Below are positions 63,162 through 64,000 of a stretch of 64,000 nucleotides of DNA, in pieces. Origin of the DNA: a virus (lineage: Duplodnaviria; Heunggongvirae; Uroviricota; Caudoviricetes); the IMG/VR virus record IMGVR_UViG_3300020577_006835, positions 68,588 through 132,587 of that record; one strand, given 5' to 3'. The notes beneath the pieces are model-generated. The model was not told the origin of the DNA. It ran no database searches and was given only the letters and a program-made list of their open reading frames with translations. Position numbers and translations under genes: made by a program. The stretch's first letter is position 1; each line of letters begins with the position of its first letter.

Positions 63162-63188
63162 TTGACAACCACTTGGAGAGGGTGCTAG
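63162..63188 (+). promoter_or_regulatory. promoter-like motif TTGACA-N14-GTGCTAG (copy B of duplicated element)
   Basis: gTTGACAaccACTTGGAGaGGGTGCTAGAGGCGCC. Confidence 0.45.
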
Positions 63189-63278
63189 AGGCGCCCTCGA
63201 AACGTCGGGCAGCGACGTGAGCATGGTGCTCGAAGCCGAGAGGCACTGCACTAGACAGTCAGAGAACAGGAGGAGACC

Positions 63279-64000
63279 ATGTCCTACGAGGACAAGCTGG
63301 CGCAGATCCGCGCCCTCATCGCCCAGTTCAACGAGGCCGCTGAGGAGGGCGAGAAGATCGACGCCGCCGAGTTCGAGCGCAAGCTCAGGAAGACCGGCGC
63401 AGTCAACGAAGAGACCCTGCGTGCAGCCACGTGGGAGGACTTCGAGAAGGCAGGCCTGCCGCGCATCATGGCTCGCCGTGTGGCAGAGCTGGCGCGCGTC
63501 ACCAAGCCGGGCGAGAAGGAGTTCGTCAGCTCCAAGAAGGCCGAGCGCATGTCGGTCAGGGAGCTGGTCGAGGCCTACAACCCGAACGAGACGATCGAGA
63601 GCCCGGTCACGAGCCGCCTGAAGGCCGTGTCGCAGGGCAAGCGGTGCCTCGTGCTCAAGAACGACGGGACGGTGCACGTCGAGCCCACGGTCAAGCTGCT
63701 CGGCGAGGTGCAACAGGGCTACGCGGAGCGCCCGCTCTTCTACGACCCGGACGATCTCTCGCCACTGCGAGTGGTCCGCGTCGGCGAGAAGGCCAGCTCC
63801 GTGGTCGACGAGAACCCGGTCTTCCGCGGCGAGGCACTGCGGCCGGACGGCACGTGCCAGCGCACGGACCTGAACTGGGGCGAAATCCCGTTCGAGACCA
63901 GGCAGCTGGTCTACCTGATCGCCCTCGATCCGTCCTCCAGCTCAGTGGCCACGCCCGACCTGGCCATGAAGCTGTACGATCTCGCCTCCGAGACCGGCAA
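63279..64000 (+). CDS. hypothetical protein, 3' partial (runs off window)
   Basis: ATG 63279 after RBS GGAGGAGACC; high-GC3 open frame to the end of the window. Confidence 0.5.
   Translation, partial: MSYEDKLAQIRALIAQFNEAAEEGEKIDAAEFERKLRKTGAVNEETLRAATWEDFEKAGLPRIMARRVAELARVTKPGEKEFVSSKKAERMSVRELVEAYNPNETIESPVTSRLKAVSQGKRCLVLKNDGTVHVEPTVKLLGEVQQGYAERPLFYDPDDLSPLRVVRVGEKASSVVDENPVFRGEALRPDGTCQRTDLNWGEIPFETRQLVYLIALDPSSSSVATPDLAMKLYDLASETG

Noticed and set aside
1-64000. CRISPR arrays, integrase/att sites, transposase genes
   Set aside because: No run of regularly spaced direct repeats of 25-40 bp, no tyrosine or serine recombinase motifs and no IS-like inverted terminal repeats were seen. 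The only mobile elements supported are inteins and homing-endonuclease genes.

Overview
This window looks like a segment of a large, high-GC (roughly 64% GC) tailed-phage genome, possibly jumbo-phage-like. Almost all genes are on the + strand; the exception is an island at about 13.7-18.6 kb on the - strand. There are about 21 tRNA genes in five clusters. The left end carries a DNA-packaging module: two small-terminase candidates, an intein-interrupted large terminase, and a portal with two inteins. Further right there is a tubulin/FtsZ-like (PhuZ/TubZ-like) GTPase. There are at least 8 free-standing HNH or Endo VII-type endonuclease genes, and four of them overlap tRNA 5' ends. Other modules are a flotillin(SPFH)+LemA membrane module; NAD/ADP-ribose-related genes (NAMPT C-terminal remnant, macro domain, OPRT-like PRTase, PF10127-like nucleotidyltransferase); a putative tRNA-end-repair trio (2H-phosphoesterase-CCA-adding-enzyme fusion plus histidine phosphatase); and a glycan cassette (UDP-galactopyranose mutase, GT2 glycosyltransferase, two TylF-like O-methyltransferases). 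A promoter-like motif TTGACA-N14-GTGCTAA recurs upstream of more than 13 genes. Five proteins share a C-terminal R-E-[IV]-S-L-x-E-D-D tail. No CRISPR array was seen. CDS coordinates follow the supplied ORF track, with starts sometimes moved to an internal ATG/GTG/TTG that has an RBS. RNA, promoter and terminator coordinates were derived by hand and may be off by 1-2 nt. All functional calls rest on motif recognition by eye, with no database search.
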